This document shows positions 48,065 to 58,830 of a stretch of 64,000 nucleotides of DNA, in pieces. Position numbers and translations under genes: made by a program. This stretch comes from Selaginella moellendorffii (Eukaryota > Plantae > Lycopodiophyta). The notes beneath the pieces were generated by a model. The model ran no database searches, was not told the DNA's origin, and saw only the letters and a program-made list of their open reading frames with translations. How positions within the stretch are numbered: position 1 is the stretch's first letter; each line of letters starts with the position of its first letter. The DNA is taken from assembly GCF_000143415.4 (NCBI RefSeq), contig NW_003314354.1:528705-592704 (forward strand), read 5' to 3'.

Positions 48065-51000
48065 ATGGAGGAGGACGAGGAGCTGTTGCAGCGGCTGGGC
48101 GTGACGGCTGCACGAGCTGAGGACGTCGAGCGCCATGTCATTGCTGCGCAGCACCACCAGGTGTGATCCTTCTTCCGCTACCTACGGCCTTTCGAGACTG
48201 TTTGCTTTGCTAGGTTGATGGCGGCGGCGGGGGCGAGCACCCGGAGGCTATTGCCAAGCAATTGACTGTCTTGCAGAAGGAGATTGACGCTGTGGAGAAT
48301 GGTCTGGAGCGTTATGAAGAGGACGGTGGTGAGCTCCACACCACTCTCGCGCACGACCGTCTCCACTCTCTCAACTCCAAGAAGAAAAAGCTGCGAGCCC
48401 GATTGAAGTCTCTGGATGGAGCGTCACCTTCCACACAAGAACAACGCTCTTGCCTCCTGGAAGACAACGACCTCGACGCAGCTCTGGACGCAGCCTCTGG
48501 GCTTGTTGAGACTGTGGGTAACTAAGCTCAAGTTTTTCTTTCCATCACCGACGGGGGACGCTTGCCTTTCCAGGAGCGTGACAGGCTCATCCGCACCGGG
48601 GCACTGACGCCGTTTGACAGGATCAAAGGCTTCGAGCGCCGAGTACAGACGCTAAGTGATCGACAGTCGCTGGAGCGGGACCGATTGGCCGAGACCAGCC
48701 TCTCTAATGCCGTCGCGTCGCTGGCCGCAATATCTCGCTCTCGAGCAACCACCAAGCTGCTCGATCCGGCCCAGCTCCCAACGCTCGAGGCGCCGACGCG
48801 TGAGTTTCGAAGGCCTCCAAAGTCACTTGACGTTGGGAGGAGGAAGAAGCGCAAGCGGCCGCTGCCTGAGTCCAAGTGGAGGCGGAAAAAGCCTCACAAG
48901 CTACCAGAGCTGGCAGCAGATGACAACGACGGTATGCCATCTTTCTCGTGTCATCTCATCTTATTAACTCGTTCGTGGCTTACTTAGATGGCGACGACAA
49001 CGACGTTAATGATGAGGAATGCGACGACGACGTGATCCTGGAAGGAGGGCTCAGGATTCCGTTAGATATCTACGACAGGCTCTTCGATTATCAGAAAACT
49101 GGAGTCAAGTGGCTGTGGGAACTGCACTCTCTAAAAACAGGGGGGATCATAGGCGATGAGATGGGACTAGGCAAAACGGTACAGGTCATTGCATTTCTGG
49201 CTGCCTTACACCACAGTCGGATGTACTCGCCCAGCATTGTCGTCTGTCCCGTGACACTAACTTTCCAGTGGAAGCGGGAGGTTGAAAAGTGGTATCCCAA
49301 GTTCGACGTGCAAGTTGTGCACGAGTCGGCTGCTCCGAAAGGGAAGAAGAAGGAGGCGGAGGATTCCGATGCAAGCGGAGATGACAGTGGCGACGCGAAG
49401 CGTGATGCAAGACTAGCTCGTTGGGACGGGGTTGTAGAAAAAACTGTCCGGTCGCCTTCTGGTCTCATTGTGACGACTTATGAGCAGCTCCGGTTGCTGA
49501 AAGATACACTGCTGGACATAGACTGGGGCTATGCGGTACTGGACGAAGGGCACAGGATAAGGAATCCAGACGCTGAAACAACTCTCATCTGCAAGCAGCT
49601 ACAGACTGTTCACCGCATTATCATGACCGGTGCTCCTATACAAAACAAGCTTACAGAGCTGTGGTCTCTCTTCGACTTCGTTTTCCCCGGAAAGCTGGGA
49701 GTCCTTCCAGTGTTCCAGGCCCAGTTTGCTCTACCTATATCCATCGGTGGCTATGCAAATGCGACATCGTTGCAGGTCTCCACTGCCTACAAGTGTGCCG
49801 TCACCCTTCGGGATCTGATCATGCCTTACATTCTCCGCCGCATGAAGTCCGATGTTGAAGCCAAGCTCACCAAGAAGACGGAGCACGTTCTTTTCTGTAG
49901 CCTGACTGAGACGCAGCGCGCCTGCTACCGTGCCTTCTTAGCAAGCTCAGACGTGGAACGCATTTTCGAGGGGAGCAAGAACGCACTCTACGGCATTGAC
50001 ATACTGCGGAAGATCTGCAACCATCCTGATCTTCTGGAGAGGGAGGCCAGCGAGAAGCATGCCGACTACGGCCTACCAGATCGAAGTGGGAAGCTGATGG
50101 TGGTCAGTCAGGTCCTCAACTCGTGGAAGGATCAGGGGCACAGAGTACTTGTTTTCTGCCAGACGCAACAGATGCTGGATATCGTTGAGATCTTTGTAGA
50201 GTCACAGGGGTATACATACAGGAGAATGGATGGCTCCACATCTGTGAAGCAGCGGCCGGCTCTAATCGACGAATTCAACGAGTCTTCACATGTTTTCGTC
50301 TTCCTATTAACTACCAAAGTCGGGGGCCTGGGAACCAATCTTACTGGTGCGAACAGAGTTATTATTTTCGATCCGGACTGGAACCCTTCGACTGACATGC
50401 AGGTATGGCTAGTCCTTTCAATAACTTGCTCCGACTTTCTCTTCAACAGGCTAGAGAAAGGGCTTGGAGAATCGGGCAGACAAAGGACGTTATTGTTTAC
50501 CGTCTAATTACCAGGGGAACGATTGAAGAGAAGGTGTACCATCGCCAAATATACAAGCAGTTTTTGACGAACAAAATCCTCCGGGATCCCCAACAACGGC
50601 GTGTATTCAAGTCCAAAGACATGCGAGATTTGTTCGTGCTGCACGAAGATGCGGAGGGAGACAAAACGGAGACATCGAACTTGTTTCCAGAGTTAAAGCT
50701 TCCCGCTGCGGCTGAAAGCGACGGCAAAGAAGCGGCACATGGTGGCGAGGAAGGTGACCAAATCACAAGAGACGAGCAAGATGGTGCGGATGAGTCCAGG
50801 CTTCTGCAGAGCTTGATGCAGGCCAACGGAATACACGTAAGTTCATTTTCCAAGTCTCCAGGTTTAACGTGTGTGTGCTTTAGTCTGCGATGGACCACGA
50901 TGCAATCCTGGCTGTCAACGATCCCGAACGGGTGAAGGTGGACTTTGAAGCGAGCAGGGTGGCCGAACGAGCTGCCGAAGCTCTCCAGCAGTCTCGGCTA

Positions 51001-51420
51001 ATACGAATGCGAGACGACGTGGCTGTTCCCACGTGGACAGGGAACTCAGGCGCTGCTGGGGCTCCAGGTGGTGGACGGAGGAGGTTTGGAGCTGCCGTGA
51101 ATTCTCGCTTGATGTCTCCTGCGCCACCCCCGGGGACGCCAGGTGCATCTAGCAGCAGGGCCCTCAGCTCGGTCGAGCTCCTGGCTCAGATGAGGCAACG
51201 CCAAGCAGGTGCGGTCGAAAGCAAACGAGAGGCACTACGTAGCGAGCTTGAGAGGTTTCTGAGGAGCCACGGCGGGAGTGCACTGTCGACGACAGTCGTT
51301 CAGCACTTCAAGCTGAAGCTGTCACAAGCGGAGCTACCGCTTTTCAGGCAGCTGCTGAATGAGATAGCGACCTTGAACAAGGATGGTGGGGAGTCCAGGT
51401 GGATTCTGAAACACGACTAG
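48065..51420 (+). CDS. CHR8: CSB/ERCC6/Rad26 SNF2 helicase (CHR8)
   Basis: [82 protein letters not shown]|[17 protein letters not shown]-terminal winged helix. Confidence 0.96.
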
Positions 51421-51457
51421 ATATCATGGACGGGACATTTTTTCCACATTCTTTCTC

Positions 51458-52953
51458 TCAGTAGCCGTAAGGATGCAGGAGAGGATCTCTGTTGATATCT
51501 TTGTACAAAAAGTATCGGGACCTCGTCCGTCCGAGCGCTCCATACCTGTTTTGTTTAACATCCAGACTTCGATATAAACACGGTGCATAGGCAAAGGTTT
51601 ACCATTGTGGGACAAATGGAGCCATCCAGATGGCATCGCCTGCTTGAACGGGATACCTGCAGTATAGACAGATGGAGAGAATGGAGATGATGCAGGGACT
51701 GTTTTACCACTGATTGCTGAGCCGGTAGATCCCCCGACCTTCGAGCAGGAACAAGCCGTGTTGAAAATAGTGAACCTCCTGAGTGTCATCGCCACGGTAA
51801 GCGTAGCAACATAGGGAATCCAAAACTTGCCTTGACGTTCAAGTACTCTCCAGGCTGGAAATCCATAATCTGTGACCAGCAGGTCAACGTTCTTGCGTTG
51901 TTACACGCGACATGAAAGTTTGACACTTACATGGACATTGAAGTCGTAGATTGCGTCCGAGGGTAGCAACTTTCGCAGATCAAAAACCTGGAAACTCAGA
52001 AAAGTTACAGTGTGTTAAGCTTGCAAGGTGTAGCTGCTTACCTCCCCGGGAGTTTCAAGAAGAGGACGATCATCGACATTTCCAACGAGGAATTGGGGAC
52101 GCTGGTTGTCGAGGGCTTGTGATGCAAAATACCTGCAAACCACGACGACATGTTGTTCGGTCATTCAAGGAAGAAGGGAGACCCGCCTGCGTTCCAAGAC
52201 GAGAAAGGTTACAGGCGCAGTTGAGTAGAGGGTGTGGTTAAAATGTGGTGGGAGATACGCATACGAGTTCACCTGCGCACAAATCACCATACACAGTGGA
52301 AATGAAGTACTACTAGCGACGGGAAAATACCGAGAGCTCGTTGTCGTCATTCATCACATTGTGCGTGGTCAAGAGAACGCTGCCCGCGAGGACAAAGACA
52401 AGCCTGCGGTTTGATGTTTAGACGTCTCTCCCTAAATGTTACTCTTGCGTACCTCTCAACACCCGGTAAGGGAGGGGCCGAAGATGAGGAAGCTGAGGCC
52501 GAGACACACGTTATCAGCTGTGAGGCATGGACATGATTCATGAATTTACCTTCCATGCGTGCAATGTACATGGTGAAATGCGAGCCAATCGCTGGCGTGA
52601 CCAGGTAAGCTGCTTGAGCATTGGTCCTAGAAACGTGATGGAAACAGTGATGAGATGGGAGAGAGAGGAGAGAGGAGGCAATTGCAGACCATCCGGGAAG
52701 AGCACTGAAGACTTGGCTCTCGGGTGTGATAAGCGCATGGTCCCGTTGGTACACGCTCCGGGTGAATCCTGGCAAGTCCGCTGGGAGGGAAGGGCCTCGT
52801 CTCAAAGCCATATAATAAAACACACTAAAAACCTGGAGACTGGAAGGAGCTGATGTCGTCTCGAATGTGGGCTTGACACGTCCCTGCACTGCCAAATACT
52901 AGTCGTAGCTGCACAAGCAGCAGCGGCACCAGCAGCGGCGGAACAAGAGACAT
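51458..52953 (-). CDS. UGLYAH: (S)-ureidoglycine aminohydrolase with signal peptide, multi-exon
   Basis: DLPGFTRSVYQRDHALITPES, YLVTPAIGSHFTMY, DSYAYLPP, DFNVH|IMDFQPGE, SRYFLYKDINRDPL; hydrophobic N-terminus MSLVPPLLVPLLLVQL. Confidence 0.92.
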
Positions 52954-53007
52954 ATCTTTCCTTGTTCTTGGTTACCAGATATTTTGGCAGCGCAGCAAAC
53001 CTAAACA

Positions 53008-53724
53008 ATGGAGTCGGACATTGAGCAAGTCCTGTGGACGGCGGCGGACATCGAGCAGCGGGTCAAGGAGCTGGCGGCCGCAATCTCCCGCGACCTGGCC
53101 AGCCACACCCCTCTGCTTCTTCTCGGGGTAGGGAAGCAGCCAACTTTGTAGAGAATGACTGTCGTCGTGTGCAGGTGGCCACCGGAGCTTTCATGCTTGT
53201 GGCCGACCTGGCTCGCCATCTCAAGCTGCCCGTCCTCGTAGACTTCATCCGGGTGCAGTCTTACGGCAACAACACGCAGTCGAGCGGCGTGGCCACCGTC
53301 TCGTCGTGCGACGCCAAGATCAACGTTAAAGGCAAGCACATCCTCCTGGTAAGCCGGCTCTTGCATAGCTAAAGCTATAACCATTCTCATACGCAAAGGT
53401 GGAGGACATCATCGACACGGGGGTCACCTTGTCCGCGCTGGTGGACCATCTGCTGGAGCGGGGAGCTGCCTCCATCTCTGTGTGTGCGCTGCTGGACAAG
53501 GTATGCCGGCGGAGGGTCGGCCTCACTCTCCCCAGCAACGGCAGGCTCTATGCTGGCTTCCAGGTGTGTTTTGCGACCAAAATCCAGTCTAAATACACTC
53601 TGTAAAACAGTGCCCGGACAGGTTCGTGGTGGGCTACGGCATGGATTTCGCGGAGCACTACCGAAACCTCCCATACGTGGGAGTACTCAAACCGCAAGTC
53701 TACCAGAGTTGCAAGTCCGATTGA
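53008..53724 (+). CDS. HGPT: Hypoxanthine-guanine phosphoribosyltransferase (4 exons)
   Basis: [59 protein letters not shown]-binding loop, [20 protein letters not shown]. Confidence 0.95.
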
Positions 53725-53880
53725 CTGTGCATTGTGGTGAATCGCAATATTGAATCAGATTATCATAGGTAATTATGCACAAACGAACTGCCTCCGCCAC
53801 TCTGCGTCTCGTCTGGATGGATCCCAGCAAATAAACATAAATACACCACCACCTCCCTGTTATTCCTATACGGCACGGCC

Positions 53881-55140
53881 TCACGAGGAGACGTAGGGCG
53901 GAGGAGCAGCCCGGGCTGCCATGCCAGCAACCTGTGCTTGCATCTGTGCCGTCCTCACTTTGGCTGAAGTAGCTCGGTAGAAGAACTGATCGCGCGCCAG
54001 CATCCGGACGTGCCTGAGGTACACCTCCGCCGTGATCACCCCCTCCTGCACTGCCTTGTCCAAAGAATAGAGCACGTCCTCGATCGCCAGGTCCTCGGCG
54101 CTCGCCTCCAACATCTGCCTCGACAGCACGTCGCAAGGCTCGAACGCCTCGTCTATGTTCATGTCGCCCGACGCGTTGGGGCCGTCGTTGGACTGCAGCC
54201 ACGTCTCCAGCACGTCCGTGTTGGTAAGCAGCAGCTGCAGTTGCTGCTCCAGGCCCTCCTTCTCGTGCTGGAGCTCCTGTAAGTGCTTGCCTAGCTGCTC
54301 GGCTCTCTTGTTCAGAGACGCTTGCACGCTAAAAAGCTCGTCCATCTCTACCTCGAACGAGCTCCGCAAGCTTACCACATCCTGTTGCACCCGTGCCACC
54401 AAAGTGTTGACAGCGTTCCTCTTAAACACGGACGCCGGGTCCTCTGTACGAGTCGACGGCTGCTGCTGCTGCTGCTGCTGCTGATAGTAGGGAGGAGGAT
54501 ACGGGATGGGCGCCGCCGACGTAGGTGGTGGAGAGTTGCTGCTGTAGATTGGATTCATTCCATGGAACGGCTGCTGTGGTTGCTGCTGGGGTTGCGTTTG
54601 TTGCTGGAGTTGCTGCTGCTGCTGCTGCTGTGGAGACGGGACGGGTGTGGACGGCCTCGAGTAGAGCGGAGGGTCGTGACCAAAGTGCAAGCTGAGATTT
54701 TGGACAAGCTCCACCAGATTGGAACGCGGGAACACCCACTGCTGCAAGTAAGGCACCGAGACCATCCCCGAGGCGTCCACCAGGCGATGGCGAGGTTTGA
54801 TGATCATGTCCCGTGTGGGACTCACGTAGACGAGCGGCGGCTTGCGGGGATACGGCTCCGTGAGCCAGATCGTAACGGGGATGTTGTACTTGACGTCCTG
54901 GTAGTACATGGGAATGGTGCCATCCGCCTGGAGGAGATTGGCTTGGCGGCCATCGTTGTGCGTGAAGCCGGCTGTGCGGGCCTGGAGGCCCGGGAAGTGC
55001 TGGATCACGTTCACCAGGTGCTGCCGGATGGACCATTTCACTTCCTCCTCGTACGGCAGCGCGTTGGGGCGCGACAGAACCGAATTCAGGAACTGGACGC
55101 ACGCGTGCGACGACGTCTGCCCCGGCGATATCGACGGCAT
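53881..55140 (-). CDS. ELC: ELC/VPS23/TSG101 ESCRT-I subunit (intronless)
   Basis: UEV domain NLLQADGTIPMYY...YNIPVTIWL...SGMVSVPYL, Q/P-rich linker, coiled coil, steadiness box DLAIEDVLYSLDKA...YLRHVRMLARDQF. Confidence 0.95.
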   Translation of the reverse strand: MPSISPGQTSSHACVQFLNSVLSRPNALPYEEEVKWSIRQHLVNVIQHFPGLQARTAGFTHNDGRQANLLQADGTIPMYYQDVKYNIPVTIWLTEPYPRKPPLVYVSPTRDMIIKPRHRLVDASGMVSVPYLQQWVFPRSNLVELVQNLSLHFGHDPPLYSRPSTPVPSPQQQQQQQLQQQTQPQQQPQQPFHGMNPIYSSNSPPPTSAAPIPYPPPYYQQQQQQQQPSTRTEDPASVFKRNAVNTLVARVQQDVVSLRSSFEVEMDELFSVQASLNKRAEQLGKHLQELQHEKEGLEQQLQLLLTNTDVLETWLQSNDGPNASGDMNIDEAFEPCDVLSRQMLEASAEDLAIEDVLYSLDKAVQEGVITAEVYLRHVRMLARDQFFYRATSAKVRTAQMQAQVAGMAARAAPPPYVSS

Positions 55141-55257
55141 CGCCCCTCCTCCCTCCTCTCCCTCCACGATTGAGCTTACCCGCGAGCCGGCGCTTGTTCC
55201 ACTCCCCTACCTAGCCTAGGGCGGCCAACACAAACCCTAAACTCTTGCTCGCTCCTT

Positions 55258-57036
55258 TTACTCGTGAGGAGCAGCAATGGCGGACAGGAGAATGTGCGGC
55301 GCCACGCTGTGGGGCTCCAGCGCCGCAACCTTCTTGGCAGCTTCGTGGGCGCGCCTCAGCTGCTGGCGGCTGGGGTGGATGTGGCAAGCGCCCAGCAGAG
55401 CTGTCCACGACACGGCGTCGGCGGCGCAGGGCATGAGCGTGATGAGCCCCTCCGCCTCGTGCACCAGCCCCAGTCGCCCCAGGATGCCTGCCATCGCACT
55501 GTAGTGCTCCTTGCCCGGCTGCAATCCGTAGTCGCTCGCCATGGACGCAAAGTAGCGGCAACCGGTGTGAAGCAGCCCAAAGTGGTTGCACACAACTAGG
55601 AGGCACAGATAGCTCACCTCGTCGGGCGCCGTGCCCTCCCAGGCCATGCTTGTCACCACTTCCGTGCCTCGCTCGCACTCGTCGTCACCGCCCAGGTGCG
55701 CATACGCCGCCAGCATGGTGTTCCACGACAACAAGTCACGGGCGGGCATGACGTCGAACAAGGCCCGCGCTGCCCACAGATGCCCGTTTCGGGCATACAC
55801 ACTCAAGAGCGCATTCCAGGTGGCGACGTTGCGATGTGGCGCCTGGGAAAAGAGGCGATGCGCTCCATGGACGTCCTCGCTCTGCCCGTAAGCCACCACC
55901 ATTGCGTTCCATGACACCAGGCTGCAATAGGGCAGCTTGTCAAACAGCACCTTGGCCTCCTCCAGATGCCCTCTCTGGGCATACGCCACGAACATTGTCG
56001 TGTGCAGTACCAAGTCCTGCCTCCCGCCCAAGCAGTCAAACAGCTGCCTGGCGTCGCCCAGCCTCCCGGCCTGAGAATAGCAAGAAAGCATCGAGTTTAC
56101 GGTGACCACGTTCCACTCCGGAATGGCATCAAACACACCGGCGGCCTCGTCCAGAATGGCAGCAGCAGCAGCAGTGCCACCCCCAGCCGCGCCATGCTGC
56201 GCGAGACCACTCATATAAGTGTTCCAAGAGATTAGGTTGTGCTGTGGCATATAGTGCACCAGAGTGGTCTTGGCGGCGTCCAAGTCCCCCGTCACAATGC
56301 GGGCACGCAGAAGGCTGTTCCACGCTACCACATCCCTGCCCGGCATTTGCTGGAAGAGCGCGGCAGCACGCTCCCCGTTCCCCGCCTCGTTGAACGCACT
56401 CATCATGCTGCACCAGCTTTGCAGGTTGTGCTCCGGCATGGCATTGAACAGGCGCTCTGCTTTCTCACCATGCCCTGATGCGGCATATGCAAATAAAAGC
56501 GCGTTCCACGACACCAAGTTGTACTGTGGCATTCCATCAAACATGAGGTGAGCTGCCTCGACGTTGCCATTGCTGCCATACAAGGCCAGCATCGCCGTCC
56601 AGCTTATGATATTGGGCTCTGGCATAGCGTCGAAGGTAGCCTTAGCAGCCTCGAGGTGCCCTTTGTCGGCATATCCTTGGAGGAGCAGCGTCCAGGCCAC
56701 CACGTTTGGCCGCGGCATTGCGTCCAGTACTTGTTTGGCCGCCTCCACATTCCCGCTTTGGATGTAGGCGCCAAGGAGGAGCGTCCACGAGTGGTCGTTG
56801 GGGTGGCGGATGGTAGCAAACACTCGCCTGGCGTCACCACTGCTGCCACAGCGGCCAAACATATGAATGACAAGATTGCACAGGTAGACATCGGTGTGTC
56901 TAGCAGCCGCGACAATGCGCGCGTGCACCGCCCTTCCCTCCTCAACGTTGCTGCATCTGGATATCTCCGCAGCCCACTCATGCTGCAGCGCATGGTGCGT
57001 TGTGGGAGCTAGTGGGAGCCAGGAGACGGCATCCAT
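55258..57036 (-). CDS. PLS-class pentatricopeptide repeat protein with E domain, no DYW (intronless)
   Basis: Tandem ~31-aa repeats (FDAMPEPNIISWTAML...), C-terminal EHYSAMAGILGRLG...SWTALLGACHIH...PHILLSAI. First ATG is at 57036. Confidence 0.92.
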   Translation of the reverse strand: MDAVSWLPLAPTTHHALQHEWAAEISRCSNVEEGRAVHARIVAAARHTDVYLCNLVIHMFGRCGSSGDARRVFATIRHPNDHSWTLLLGAYIQSGNVEAAKQVLDAMPRPNVVAWTLLLQGYADKGHLEAAKATFDAMPEPNIISWTAMLALYGSNGNVEAAHLMFDGMPQYNLVSWNALLFAYAASGHGEKAERLFNAMPEHNLQSWCSMMSAFNEAGNGERAAALFQQMPGRDVVAWNSLLRARIVTGDLDAAKTTLVHYMPQHNLISWNTYMSGLAQHGAAGGGTAAAAAILDEAAGVFDAIPEWNVVTVNSMLSCYSQAGRLGDARQLFDCLGGRQDLVLHTTMFVAYAQRGHLEEAKVLFDKLPYCSLVSWNAMVVAYGQSEDVHGAHRLFSQAPHRNVATWNALLSVYARNGHLWAARALFDVMPARDLLSWNTMLAAYAHLGGDDECERGTEVVTSMAWEGTAPDEVSYLCLLVVCNHFGLLHTGCRYFASMASDYGLQPGKEHYSAMAGILGRLGLVHEAEGLITLMPCAADAVSWTALLGACHIHPSRQQLRRAHEAAKKVAALEPHSVAPHILLSAIAAPHE

Positions 57037-57122
57037 CCTGGATGGGGTTTCGCTGGTGGCAGTGGCATCAGAGTAGGAGCAGGTGAAATTGCTGCAATGG
57101 TCCAGGCACACAGTACGTACGT

Positions 57123-57451
57123 CTATTTGCGCTCCTTGGCCTCCTCCTGGGCCTTGGCTGATAGTACCTCCCACAGGCCGGTCAAAAACTCCACCATCTC
57201 CGCCAGCGGCACGGGTCGCGAGAAATGGCGTGGCTCCTCGGCTTGCAAGATGTGGCAAGTCTCGTTCCAGCTGCCATCAACAGACTAGGTGAGGCCAATC
57301 AAACAAAGTGGAGAAGAACCAGAGCCAACTTGATGGTTCGACTCCCCCTTTTGCGGTTGCGTGACGGCTTGGGGCATGCCCTCCGCCTCCATTCCCGTCT
57401 CTGCTCCTTCCACAGCTCCACTCCAAAGCGATGGCATGCCATGACAGCCAT
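57123..57451 (-). CDS. Small DUF4050 (Gag1-like) family protein, 2 exons, not shown in the ORF track
   Basis: Exon 1 MAVMACHRFGVELWKEQRREW...RTI; 59-nt GT-AG intron 57271-57329; exon 2 NWNETCHIL...FSRPVPLAEMVEFLTGLWE. Matches the family pattern GL.LW...R..W / ISW / F..PIPL.EMV.FL...WE. Confidence 0.78.
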
Positions 57452-57493
57452 GGTCTTGCCTGTCAAGCCCTAAAAAAAAGGAGTTTGGTGGTG

Positions 57494-58811
57494 ATGGCGG
57501 CAGCGGTGGTGCGCATCCGCAGCCGCGACGGGCTGGAGAGAGTGAGCGTTCACCCCAAGGCGACGGTGCTGGAGCTGCAGATGGCTATCGAGCGGGAGCT
57601 CCAGGTCCCGGTGAGCGCCCAGTATGTGTCGAGAAATCAGTCCCTGCTCATGGCCAAGGATCCCAGTGGCGCTGCGCTCATGGCGGCGGACATGAGGGAT
57701 CCCTCGGCTGCGCTGTCGTCGCTAGGTATCGGGCACGGATCCGTTGTGTTTCTGTTTTACAGCGGGAAGCGGGAGGTGGCCGGCCCAAAGGTGACGCCGT
57801 CGGGGGCGTTTGGCAAGAAGATGACCATGGACGACCTCATCGCCAGGCAGACGAGGGTGGAGCGGCAGCAGCATGCCCACTGCAACTCGCTCAGCTTCGA
57901 TAGGGCGGCGGCCAACGCGTTCCAACACTACGTGCACGAGACGCTAGCCTTCGGCGTCAAGCGGGGTGGCTTCATGTATGGCAGCGTCACGGAGCAAGGG
58001 GATGCCCTGGTCCACTTCATCTACGAGCCTCCGCAGCAGGGCAGCGAGGACGGCCTTCTCCTGCTGCGAGACCCCGACGAGGAGAGGCGGGTCGACGGCA
58101 TCGCTGCGGGCCTGGGCATGAGGCGCCTGGGTTTCATCTTCACGCACACCATCAGTCAGGGCAAGGCCGACTACACGCTGAGCAACGCCGAGATCCGCCA
58201 GGCTGCCCAGCTGCACGCCGAGAGCAACTTTGACGCCTGGACCACGGCGCTGGTCAAGCTCGAGGCCAATGGCGACGTCCAGTTTGAGTCCTTCCAGCTC
58301 AGCGACCAGTGCATCAAGCTGTGGAAGGAGGGCTGGTTTGTTCAGGACGCCGAGGATGTGAATCCCAAGCTGTCGAGGATGAACAAGGAGGTGGTGATCC
58401 TGGGCAAGGACACCAGGGACGTTGATAACGTCCTCTTCCTTGTGCCCGTCAAGATCCTCGACCACCAGGTGAGACGGCGTATCCTCTCTCTCTCTCTCTC
58501 TCTCTCTCGTCCTGACCCCTGAAGCGCTATCTATCTGTCTGTGCATGCAGGGTCCCCTGTCGTGCAATTTCCCCATCGAGAACAGGCTGACGCTCCCCAG
58601 CTTTGAATCGCTGCGGAGCCACCTCGACAGCAACAAGAGCCGGCCGTACGTGCAAAGGATCTCCGATTTCCATCTGCTCCTGTTCCTCTCCAAGTCCCTG
58701 GACATCGACACCGACATCCCTCGGCTGACCGAGGCAATCTCCACGCAGGGCTCGGTACCCGATGGCTACCAGCTTCTCATCGACTCGCTGGCTAGCAATC
58801 ACTCCTACTGA
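57494..58811 (+). CDS. NPL4: NPL4-like CDC48 adaptor (2 exons)
   Basis: VRIRSRDGLERV Ubl domain, PSGAFGKKMTMDDLIA, FDRAAANAFQHYV, FIYEPPQQG, GFIFTH, FLVPVKILDHQ|GPLSCNFPIENR, ISDFHLLL. Confidence 0.95.
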
Positions 58812-58830
58812 TGGGACGAAGACACTATTT

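Noticed and set aside
57036-57170. Spliced DUF4050-PPR fusion via a GT donor after LWE
   Set aside because: The available AG acceptors do not put the PPR in frame.
58483-58508. (CT)n microsatellite in the NPL4 intron, plus (GA)n near 44790 and CAG tracts in coding regions
   Set aside because: Ordinary simple repeats.
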